A DNA stretch of 64,000 nucleotides from Scyliorhinus canicula (lineage: Eukaryota): assembly GCF_902713615.1 (NCBI RefSeq), contig NC_052149.1, positions 126,731,256 through 126,795,255 of the forward strand. The letters are read 5' to 3'. Below are positions 12,340-22,297 of the stretch, piece after piece. Made by a program: the position numbers and the translations under genes. The stretch's first letter is position 1; every line of letters starts with the position of its first letter. The notes beneath the pieces were generated by a model. The model was given only the letters and a program-made list of their open reading frames with translations. It did not search any database and had not been told where the DNA came from.

Positions 12340-13960
12340 CCTTTCTAACCAGTACAGAACAATCCCAACAAGAGAAGGAGCAGTTTTGGACAGTTTTAGC
12401 GATTGAATCTGGGCAGGTGAAGGAGTATCAGTGGGAGAGTATTTGGGTAATAGTGATCATAATTCAGTTAGATTTAGGGCAGTTGTGGAAAAGGGTAAAG
12501 GCAGACCAAGAGGAAAAGTTTTAAATTGGGAAAAGGTCAATTTTCCGAAACTGGGATTTGCCAAAATGGACAGGAAACAGCGACTTGATGGTAAAACAGT
12601 GACAGAGCCCGGGGAGAATATTCAAGCTGGAGATAGAGAGGTTTCAGAACAAATATGTTCACACAAAGCAAGTGTGAGGGACATTGGGCAGAATTCTCCG
12701 ACCCCCCGCAGGTTCGGAGAATTACCCGGGACCGGCGTAAATCCCGCTCCCGCCGTGGCTGGAATTCTCCACCACCCGGGAATCGGCGGGAGCGGGAATC
12801 GCGCCCCGCCGATCGGCGTGCCCCCCGCGGCGATTCTCCGGCACGCGATGGGCCGAAGTCCCGCCGCTGACAGGCCTCTCCCGCCGACGTGGTTTCAACC
12901 ACCTCTGGTGGCGGCGGGATTGGTGGCGCGAGCAGGCCCCCGAGGACCTGGGGGGGCGCGGTGTGATAGGACCCCGGGGGGTGCTCCCACAGTGGCCTGG
13001 TCCGCGACCAGGGCCCACCGATCGGCGGGCGGGCCAGTGCCATATGGGCACTCTTTTTCTTCCGCCGCCGCCACGGCCTCCACCATGGTGGAGGCGGAAG
13101 ACACCCCCCGTCTCTGACGCACCAGCGCATGCGCAAACCGGTGAAGTCCTTTCGGCCAGCCCCGACACCCGGCGGGCGGTGTGCGTCAAAGGTCGTTGGT
13201 GCCGGTTTTGGCATCAGTCGGCGTGGCGCCAACCACTCTGGCACGGGCCTAGCCCCTCAGGGTGCGGAGAATTCTGCACCTTTGGGGAGGCCCGAATCAA
13301 GAGTGGTTGGCGCCACTCCGCTACGCCGGGACCCCCTGCCCCGCCGGGTAGGGGAGAATCCCGGCCATTGTGAGAGGATAACTAATGAATGAGTGGGATC
13401 AATTAGAGAGCAAAATGCAATTGTGTGTGGAGGTGGAAGGCATGGTTCTTAATGAATAATTTACATCAGTTTTCACTAATGTGAGGGACAAAGCAGACAT
13501 TGGAGTTCATGAGGAGGAGAATTGTGAAATATTGGATGTGATAAAGATAGTGAGAGAGGAGATATTAACGTGTTTATCAGCTTTGAAAGGGGAGATACCC
13601 CCAGGCCCGGGTGAAATGTATCCCAGGCTGCTAAGGGAAGGAAGGGAAGAAATAGCGGAGGCTCTGACCATTATTTTCCAATCCTCTCTGACTACAGGCT
13701 TGGTGTCAGAGGACTGGTGGATGATAATGTTGTACCATTGTTTAAAAAGGGAGGAAGAGATAGGCTGAGGGAGCGATTTTGAATTTGATGAGGAGGGAAC
13801 GAGGAGGGTTGATGACGGGAGTGAGTTTGATGTTGACAACATGGGTTTTCCAAGGATTTTGCCAAGTTTCCAATGACAGACAGGTTTGGAAATTAAAAGC
13901 TGATGGAATCCAAGGGAAAGTGACAAATTGGATTTCAAATTGGTTCAGTGTCAGGAGGTA
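12340..13960 (+). mobile_element. CR1-type LINE ORF2 fragments in the J-C intron, split by a MITE
   Basis: GEYLGNSDHNSVRF, PPGPGEMYPRLLREGREEIAEALTIIFQSSL and GIQGKVTNWISNW are CR1 APE/RT motifs. Confidence 0.75.
12686..13366. mobile_element. Harbinger-derived GC-rich MITE
   Basis: Terminal inverted repeats (TIRs) GGGCAGAATTCTCC / GGAGAATCCCGGCC; 3-bp TSD ATT on both sides. Confidence 0.85.
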
Positions 13961-14689
13961 AAGTTTTGATGTTAAGCTGATTAAATCATTTTGGAATGTT
14001 ACTTAGACATTTGTAAAGAAGTTCACTACAAATTCAGCACTGAAATAGTTAATAATGAGAGAATTTAAAGATGCAGTGTCCCATTTAAGAGACTATTAAT
14101 ATATCAGGATGCTCGAACTATTGATCAGTATTTCTGGGGGAACAGGTTGAACATTAACAAACTTCAAATCACACACAGAACCGGAGAAATTTATCCCAGA
14201 ACGTTGGAGCAGACGTGGATCAACACACTTCACAAAGGATACTGATTGGCTGCCAGTGTAGAAGGTTCTAGATTTCACTTCAAACCTTGCTGCCCAGCCC
14301 TGGGCTCAGGTCAAGAGTGAGATTACGATTAGCCTCTGTGTCCAGGGGTCAGAATAATCTATCCTTGCTCCTGTGCGGGAACGTCCGGTTCAAAGCTGCG
14401 TGATTATTGACTGCGTGCCATTCACTGGCGGCAGGATTATATCTGTCCGTCGATTGTCAAAGGGATTTGCCACAGCAACCACCCGATGCCGCTGTGAAAC
14501 CCGTTGGCGGTGATGTGCTGCTGGTGGGAAAATTGAATAGCAACACTGGAGAAATCCGGCCCCTATTTCTGGTGGTCTTGTGTCCAGGTCACACCCCCCA
14601 GCCAAGCTGTTCCAGTTTAGATACATAACTGGCATCGACCAGTTACCCAGGTGTGTCCTGTCCACAAAAAGCTGGACAAACCTAATCCG

Positions 14690-16350
14690 GACAATTACTG
14701 TCCGTCAATCATCTCGCGATCATCAGCAAAATGATTGGTGTTGTTAACGACAGTGTTATCAAGTAGCACTTACTCAGCAATAACCTGCTCACTGACGCTC
14801 AGTTAAGAATCTGCCAGGGTCACTCAGCTCCTGACCTCATTACAGCCTTGGTTCCAACATGGACAAAAGAGCTGAACTCCAGCGGTGAGGCCAGAGTAAC
14901 TGCCCTTTGACCTCGAGGCAGCATTTGACCAAGTTTGGCATCAAGGAGCCCGAGCAAAACTGGAGTCAATGGGAATCAGGGGGAAAACTCTCCGCTGGTT
15001 GGAGTCATACCCAGCACAAAGGAAGATGGCTGTTGTTTGTGGGTTTAACTCTCCAATCTATATTAATGAGCTGGATGAAGGCAATGAGAGTATTGTAGCT
15101 AAATTTGCTGATGATAAAATGATAGGTCGGAAAGCAAGTTGTGAGGAGGACACAGAGTCTGAAAAGGCATATTGATAGGTGCAGTGAGTGGGGAGAACAT
15201 TTGACAGATGGAAAATAATGTGGGGAAATGTGAGCTTGTCCACTTTATTAGGGTGAATAGAAAAGCAGAATATTATTGAAATGGAGAGAGACTGCAGAAA
15301 GCTGTGGTACAGAGGGATCTGGGTGTCCTTGTGTATGAATCACAGAAAGTTAACCTGTAGGTACAGCAAGTGATGAGGAAGGTCAATGGAATGTTGTCCT
15401 TTATTACAAGGGGGATGGAGTATAAAAGTAGGGAAGTCTTGCTCCATCTATACAGCACATTGGGGAGACTACACCGTGAGTACTGGGGAAAGGTTTGGCG
15501 TCATAGAATCATAGAATTTACAGTGCAGAAGGAGGCCATTCGGCCCATCGAGTAGAAAGAGCACCCTACATTTTCTTTTTTTATTAAATAAATTTAAAAT
15601 ACCCAATTCATTTTTTCCAATTAAGGGGCAATTTGGTGTGGCCAATCCACCTACCCTGCACATTTTTGGGTTGTGGGGGCGGAACACACGCAAACACAGG
15701 GAGAATGTGCAACCTCCACACGGACAGTGACCCAGAGCAGGGATCGAACCTAGGATCTAGGGGCCATGAGGCAGCAGTGCTAACCACTGCGCCACCGTGC
15801 AGCCATCGAAAGAGCACCCTACTTAAGCCCACACCTGCACTCTATCCCCGTAACCCAGCAACCCCACCCAACCCTAAGGGCAATTTAGCATGGCCAATCC
15901 ACCTAACCTGCACATCTTTGGAAGTCCTTACTTAAGGACGGATGTTCCAACATTGGAAGCAGTTCAGAGAAGGTTCACTGGGCTGATTCCACTGAGGAAT
16001 GGAATGTCTGATGAGGATAGGTTGAGCTGGTTGGGTCTGTACTCATTGCAGAATGAGAGGTGATCTTATTGAAACATATAAGATTCCGAGGGAGCTTGAC
16101 AGGGTGGATGCTGCGAGAATGTTTGCCCTCGTGGGGAATCGAGAATGAGTGGATACAGTTTAAAAATAAGGAATCTCCATTTCAGGAGGAGGTGAGGAGG
16201 AATTTCTTCTCTCAGAGGGTCGTTAGTTATTGGAATTCTCTTTCCCAGAGAGCAGTGCATGCTGGGACATTGAATATATTCCAGGCTGAGTTCGACAGAT
16301 TTCTGATTGACGGGGGTCAAAGGTTATGGGGACCGACAGGAAAGTGGAGT
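14690..16350 (+). mobile_element. Mosaic of CR1 RT / 3'-end fragments with nested HE1 SINEs (15500-15930, minus)
   Basis: MGIRGKTLRWLESY, INELDEGNESIVAKFADD, MLSFITRGMEYKSREVLLHLY and VRRNFFSQRVVSYWNSL; two nested HE1 copies. Confidence 0.75.
15570..15807 (-). mobile_element. Short poly(A)-tailed HE1 variant inserted in an older HE1
   Basis: 15-bp TSD GAAAGAGCACCCTAC at 15555-15569 and 15808-15822; A-rich tail on the minus strand. Confidence 0.8.
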
Positions 16351-16394
16351 TTGGGCCATTTTTAAAAGTTAATTTATGGGATGTGTGGGTCTGA

Positions 16395-16575
16395 AGTGGG
16401 AACCTGCCATCCTGACCTTGTCCGGCCTACAAGTGACTCCAGATCCGCAGTAATGTGTTGATTCTGAAATGTCCTCTGGAATGGCCGAGCAAGACACTCA
16501 GTTCAAGGGCAATTAGGGATGGGCAATAAATGCTGGCCCAGCCAGAGATCACACATCACATCAAACAATAAAAAT
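16395..16575 (+). mobile_element. Deu-domain SINE (SacSINE1-like) 3' fragment
   Basis: GTGACTCCAGATCCGCAGTAATGTG...CACTCAGTTCAAGGGCAATTAGGGATGGGCAATAAATGCTGG, similar to the Deu block at 29280-29370 (minus). Confidence 0.65.
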
Positions 16576-17180
16576 ATCTCCAGGGATTTTCAGGAATATT
16601 GCATCAGGAATATCAGACTGAACTCGACCCAAAGAGAAAGTAACTGAGAGTCTCCCCAAAAGCCTGGAACACTGAAGCCACTGGATTGTGAGCCCTGCTG
16701 GACCTGTTTGTCATCAGAACTTTGCTAAGAGATAAGCAGGGAGTGGAGAGAGCAGAGTTAAAGCTGGGGGAAGTGGGACCTCGGTGTCTCACTGTGCTGC
16801 TGCTGTGGCTGTGATTAGTTATATCAGAGAGTGTGACAGGGAGCCAGATCTCACATCAAACTCTGCCCGTGTCTGTCACACACAGACTGACAGGAGTCTA
16901 GTGAGTGATTTCACTCCATGGTCCAGGAATGTGAACACAGTCTGCAAACGTCCAGATCTCCTCCACACGGTGGGTAAAAGCTGCTTACTTATATCTTGCT
17001 GCTTAAAGGGGGGAATGGAACTAAAGAAATACAGCTGGGCACCCTGTTCTACACAGTGTTCTTCAATGAACCATTTCATTCACTGCAGCTCCCCACTAAC
17101 ACCTTCAACTATTCAGCATTTGTGTTTGAGAAAGTTTCGGTATTGAAAGGGTTAATAACGGAGGATTGGGGTTTACTTAC

Positions 17181-17215
17181 TCAGTCTGAGCTTGGTTCCT
17201 TTACCGAACGTAAGC
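17181..17215 (-). CDS. IGKJ: Ig light-chain J segment (LTFGKGTKLRL)
   Basis: G CTT ACG TTC GGT AAA GGA ACC AAG CTC AGA CTG A then donor GTAAGT at 17180; FGxGT motif; phase matches the C exon. Confidence 0.96.
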
Positions 17216-17254
17216 CACACTGACAGCTTCCAGTGCAGGGGCTGTACAAAAACC
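17216..17254 (+). other. J recombination signal (23-RSS)
   Basis: Heptamer CACACTG 17216-17222, 23-nt spacer 17223-17245, consensus nonamer ACAAAAACC 17246-17254. Confidence 0.93.
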
Positions 17255-17600
17255 TCTGCTCTCTGCTTCACTCACTCACTCTCACCCTCTCTCTGCCTCT
17301 CTCTGTCTCTCACTCACTACTGTCTTTCTCTCTCACTCTTTCTCTCTCTCTGTTTCTCTCAATGTCTCTGTGTTTTGTTGGGAGATTTGAGAAGTCTAAT
17401 TTTGAATGATAAATCTTTCAGCTGCTCTTCATACGTGGACATGGAGAGTAAAAAACCTGAGGCCTTCAGTGACTGGGGTGTGCAGTGGACAGTGAAAATA
17501 ATTTGTTCAGTTTCCTTTTTTCTGTTTATATAAAACTGTTTATATGTTATATAAAACTGTGGGTCGTGGTCAGGAGACGAGGTGGGGCTGTGTGTATTGG

Positions 17601-17628
17601 GGTTTTTGTAAGGCTCTGTATCACTGTG
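17601..17628 (-). other. V recombination signal (12-RSS)
   Basis: Minus strand CACAGTG ATACAGAGCCTT ACAAAAACC: consensus heptamer, 12-nt spacer and consensus nonamer. Confidence 0.97.
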
Positions 17629-17929
17629 TATGGCCAGCTCTCACTTTGCTGACAGTAATAATCAGCGACATCCTCATTCTGCACATTGCTGATTGTCAGG
17701 GTGAACCTTGTACTGGACAGTTCTCTGCCGGTGAATCGGTCGGATATTCCTGTGAATCGAGTTGCTGCATTGTAGATCAGCAGAGCCGGTTTCTGACCTT
17801 CTCGCTGTTGGAACCATTCAACATCACCACTCGCAGATTGACTGGCCGTACAGGTGATGGTTGCGGTCTGGCCCAGGCTCACTGACAGCACCGGGGGAGA
17901 CTGGGTCATGATGATGTCTCCACTGATAC
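17629..17929 (-). CDS. IGKV: Ig light-chain V exon, kappa (type III/NS4-like), germline and open
   Basis: Acceptor TTACCCCTCAG. Reads [52 protein letters not shown]...[14 protein letters not shown] with conserved Cys, Trp and YYC and no stops. Confidence 0.96.
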
Positions 17930-18115
17930 CTGAGGGGTAATAGAGAAACAGAGTGAAGTAAGAACTGTCACAGAAAGAGCCTGTACAATGAGATATTGTT
18001 GGAGACACTGACTGTTCCTCTGCTTTCAGCATTTTCCCTTCAATCACAAGTCAGTAGAATTGGATTGAAATGGAGAGCAGGAAAATATTCAAGGTGGAAG
18101 GAGAGAGATTTGTAC

Positions 18116-18164
18116 CTGCGATGCAGAATGCCAGAGGCCAGATCAGCTGGATGGCTGAAATCAT
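18116..18164 (-). CDS. IGKV: V leader (signal peptide) exon MISAIQLIWPLAFCIA-G
   Basis: ATG at 18164; 49 nt; donor GTACA at 18115; a 186-nt phase-1 intron joins it in frame to the V exon. Confidence 0.9.
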
Positions 18165-18224
18165 GGTGTCTGCTCCTGTCCCTGTGCCTGGTTACTGATA
18201 AACTCTCCCTTCACTGGGCTCTGC

Positions 18225-18278
18225 TTTATAAAGCTGCAGCCTGTGGGAGTCTGACTGCCCGTTCCTCAATATGTAAAT
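18225..18278 (-). promoter_or_regulatory. V promoter: TATA box plus variant octamer
   Basis: TATAAA (minus) at 18225-18230; ATTTACAT at 18271-18278, one mismatch to the light-chain octamer ATTTGCAT, ~107 nt upstream of the ATG. Confidence 0.65.
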
Positions 18279-18319
18279 GGTATGAGGCAGAGACACCACG
18301 TCAGCACCTTCACTTCCTC

Positions 18320-18582
18320 TTCTTCTCTCTCACTCACTACTCACTACTACTCAGTATCAGACCCTTATTTTCTGCCTCTCCCCCTCTCCCCCTCCCTCTG
18401 TGTCTCTCTGTCTTGTTCTTCCAGTCTCACTGTATCTGCTTGCTCTCCCCCTCTCTCTCCCTCCATTGATACCTGTCCCTCAGACTCTCTCTCTGTCTCT
18501 CTCTCTTTCCCCCTGATTTTATCTCTCTTTCTCCCTCACTTTATTTCTCTATTTGTTCTTCTTTGTTTTCATCTCCCTCTAC
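18320..18582. repeat. CT-rich polypyrimidine low-complexity tract (similar tract at 17256-17365 between V and J)
   Basis: Imperfect (CT)n runs visible directly. Confidence 0.85.
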
Positions 18583-18898
18583 CTGAGAGGAGGTAACAAT
18601 CTCATTCACTCTATTAGTCCCCTCAGGATAACTTTATTGAAGATCATGTCTCGTTCTTCTGAACTTTGATCCTTGTACAGCTGCAGTACAATGTCCCTGT
18701 TTTTATTTTCTGTTCCTCTTATAATAAACACCAACATTCCATTTCCCTTCCTGATCACTTGCTGGACCTGCAGACTAACGTGATCTGTAGTTGCAGCTTG
18801 CCAACGCATAACAAAGCATTTACCCCACTCCCTGATTTCTGTTAACCAAAAAATCCTACATCCATATTCAGATATTACACTGTATACCAGGAGATCAT

Positions 18899-19013
18899 GG
18901 GCGGGATTCTCCAGCCACGCCCACCCGGTGACCGGACATTCCGCCCAAGGTCAAAGGACCTCTACAGGGTCCGCGTCCCACCCATGACAACCTTGCGGCG
19001 AAGAATCCGGCCC
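18899..19013. mobile_element. Short Harbinger MITE (115 bp)
   Basis: TIRs GGGCGGGATTCTCC / GAAGAATCCGGCCC; TSD CAT on both sides. Confidence 0.8.
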
Positions 19014-19189
19014 CATATCTTGTGCAGTAACATTTTGTGTGGCACCTGACCAAATACCTTTTGGAATTCCCTGTACATCACATCTACAGCTTCCCTTTTT
19101 TCCACCTTCTGACTTCCTCAAAGATGGATGAGCTCAAGCGAGAGCACAACAGGCCGAAGATTCGCACCCCAAGTACCATTCCAGAACAC

Positions 19190-19576
19190 CCCTGACCTCA
19201 CTGACCTGGTAATTCTGACCTCACTGATCTGTTACCCCTGACCTCACTGACCTGTTACCCCTGACCTCAGTGACCTGTTATCCCTGACCTCACTGACCTG
19301 TTAATTCTGACCTTACTGACCTGTTACCCCTGACCTCACCGACCTTTTACCCCTGACCTCACTGGCCTGTTAATTCTGACCTCACTGACCTGTTAATTCT
19401 GACCTCACTGACCTGTTAATTCTGACCTCACTGACCTGTTAATTCTGATCTCACTGACCTGTTGTCCCCTACATCACTTATCTGTTAACCCTGATCTCAC
19501 TGACCTGTTACCTTTGAACTCACTGATCTATTGCCCCTAACCTCACTGACCTCTTACCCCTGACCTCACTGACCTC
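19190..19576. repeat. 23-bp minisatellite, ~17 units (TGACCTCACTGACCTGTTAATTC / ...GTTACCCC)
   Basis: TGACCT-led units at 19193, 19216, 19239 ... 19561, with a 23-nt period. Confidence 0.93.
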
Positions 19577-19579
19577 CAA

Positions 19580-19915
19580 TTCCCTCCATGGCCTCACTCC
19601 TCCCTACCTCTGTGTCCTGCTGCAGACTCACATTCCCTCCCTCACCCTTCCATCCTCTGACTCTGGTCTCCTGCCCATCGCTACTTCCTTCATCCCACCA
19701 TTGACAGCAGAGCCTTCAGATGCCTAGGGCCTGCTCTCTGAACTCTCACCCTTAAACCCTCCCCCTCTCCAGGTCACTCCACTCCATCAAACTCCATCCT
19801 TCAATCCAAGCCTTTGATTAATCTTCCTTAAATACCCCCAACTCCCCCGATCCTCTTACTGCCGCTCTGCGTAACATCCTGGGATGTTTTGTACATTAAG
19901 GCACTATTTAAATTC
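19580..19915 (+). mobile_element. L2-type LINE 3' fragment
   Basis: CCTCACTCCTCCCTACCTCTG...GCCTTCAG...CTCTGAACTCT resembles L2 3' regions, and resembles 31030-31260. Confidence 0.5.
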
Positions 19916-21951
19916 ATTTTGTGTGGGGATTTTGTTTGGGGACAGAATTAGACAAAGTAGTGATGGCTCCTTCATTCAAATATCCTGATGAAAGGGTCCA
20001 AACTGCCCCAAACAGAATGGTAAAATCCCAGGATGTTAATAATGGGGGATGCAATGATGGGACACCATTCATTGAATGTCAAGAGGCAATGGTTGGATTC
20101 TCTCTTGTTGGAGATGGACATTGCCTGGCATTTCTGTGGTGTTAATGTTACTTGTCAAATCAACTCTGGATACTGTCCAGTCTTGCTGCACTTGGACAAG
20201 GACTGCTTCATTATCTGAGGAGTCGTGAATGGTGCTGAACATTGTGCAGTCATCCGCAAACATCCCCACTTCTGACCTTATGATGGAAGGGAGGTCATTG
20301 ATGAAGCAGCTGAAGATGGTTGGGCCTTGGACACTACCCTGAGCAACTCCTGCAGTTATGTCCTGAAGCTGAGATGATTGACCTCCAACTACAGCAACCA
20401 TCTTCCTTTGTGCCGTGTATGAGACCAACCAGCGGATGGTTTTGCCCCCAATTCTCATTGACTCCAGTTTAGCTTGGGCTCCTTGATGCCACACTCGGCC
20501 AAATGCTGCCTTGCTAGGGGGGCAGCAAGTTCTGGAGCACAAGTCTTCAATATTATTGCTGGAATATTGTCAGGGCCTATAGGCTTTGAGTATCCAGTGC
20601 CTTCAGCCGTTTATTGATATCACGTGGAGTGAATCGTATTGGCTGAAGACTGACATCTGTGATATGGAGACCTCAGGAGGAGACCGAGATGGATCATCCA
20701 CTCGGCCCTTCTGGCTGAAGATTGTTGTGAATGCTTCCGCCTTGTCTTTAGTACGAATGCGCTGGGTTCTTCCATCATTGAGGATGAGGATATTTGTGGA
20801 GCTTCCTCCTCCAGTGAGTTGTTTAATTGTCCACCAACATTCACAGCTGGATGTGGCAGGACTGCAGAGCTTAGATCTTATCCATTGGTTGTGGGATCGT
20901 TTAGCTCTATCTGTCACTTGCTGAAAGTGCTGTTTGATACACAAGTAGTCCTGTGTTGTAGTGCACCAGATTGCCTGGTGTTGTTCCTGGCGTGCTCTCC
21001 TGCACTCTTCATTAAACCAGGGTTGCACCCCTGGCTCAGTGATAATGGTAGAGTGGGAGATATGCAGAGTCATGAGGTTGCAGATGGTGGTTCAGTCCAA
21101 TTCTGCTGCTGCTGATGACCCACACCACCTCATGGATACCCAGTATTGAGTTACTAGATCTGTTCTGAATCTATCCCATTTAGCACTGTGGTAGTGCCAC
21201 ACAACAGAATAGAGTGTGTCCTCAATATGAAGATGGATCTTTGTCTCCACAAGGACTATGTGGTGGTCACTCCTACCGATACTGTCATGGACAGATGTAT
21301 CTGTGGAATGTAGATTGTTGAGGATGAGGCCAAGTATGTTTGTCCATCTTGTTGGTTCCCTCACCACCTGCTGCAGTCCCAGGTCCAGCAGCTATGTCCT
21401 TTAGGACTCCGGCCAGCTCGGTCTGTGGTGGTACTACTGAGCCACTCTTGGTGATGAACATTGAAGGTCCCCACTCAGAGTATAATCTGCACCCATGCCA
21501 CCCTCAGTGCTTCCTCCAAGTGGTGTTCAACATTGTGGTGCTGTCTCATAAACTGAGGGAGATGTGGGGTATGGTAATCATATTTAACACATGTTTAACC
21601 TGACACCATGAGACTACATGGGGTCCAGATTCGATGTTGAGGATTCCCAGGGCACCTCCTCCCTACAGTATACCACTTTGCCCCCACCTCTGCTGGGTCT
21701 GTCCTGCTGGTGAGACAGGACATACCCAGGGAATGGTGATATTGTCTGGGACGTTGGGCACAATTCTCCAGCCTCTTTGCGCTCTCGCTCAAACAAGGCC
21801 GGTGAATAGCGGGAGAGGACAAAAATGAGATCCGTGCCAGGTGCCAAACAGTTTGCGATGTAACCGGCCGCTCCCATAGGCCAAATCAGGATCTCGCCGT
21901 AGCGCGGCAAGAAACTAATTATCACCACGTAAGCCCCATTTCCATACAATT

Positions 21952-22174
21952 TTTTTTTTTAAATTTAGTGTACCCAATTCATTTTTTCCAATGAAGGGGC
22001 AATTTAGCATGGCCAATCCACCTACCCTGCACATCTTTGGGTTGTGGGGGTGAAACCCACGCACACACGGGGAGAATGTGCAAACTCCACATGGACAGTG
22101 ACCCAGAGCCGGGATCGAACCTGGGACCTCAGCACCGTGAGGCTGCAGTGCTAACTCACTGCGCCACCGCACTG
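21952..22174 (-). mobile_element. Short poly(A)-tailed HE1 variant
   Basis: 18-bp TSD CCCCATTTCCATACAATT at 21934-21951 and 22175-22192; poly(T) on the plus strand. Confidence 0.88.
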
Positions 22175-22297
22175 CCCCATTTCCATACAATTATCGGGAG
22201 CGACCCCATATCCAACAGCCTCCCGTCATTCAGCCGCCTCCCCAGTAAGTGGTCACGCTGACGCCGATTAGTACTCCATTTAAAAAGGTAAACCTGG

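Noticed and set aside
12431-13392. Overlapping 130-235 aa GC-rich ORFs (also at 31375-32277, 42364-42842, 46685-47994 and 53417-54183)
   Set aside because: They lie inside GC-rich MITEs bounded by TIRs and TSDs. The low-complexity Pro/Arg/Gly translations reflect scarcity of stop codons.
14425-14445. GGCAGGATTATAT resembling a T-DNA border core
   Set aside because: It needs a gap, is a single short match with no second border, and is expected by chance.
17052-17090. Extra CACAGTG (17052) and CACTGTG (16790) as additional RSS or second J
   Set aside because: No nonamer at 12 or 23 nt spacing and no FGxG-coding segment.
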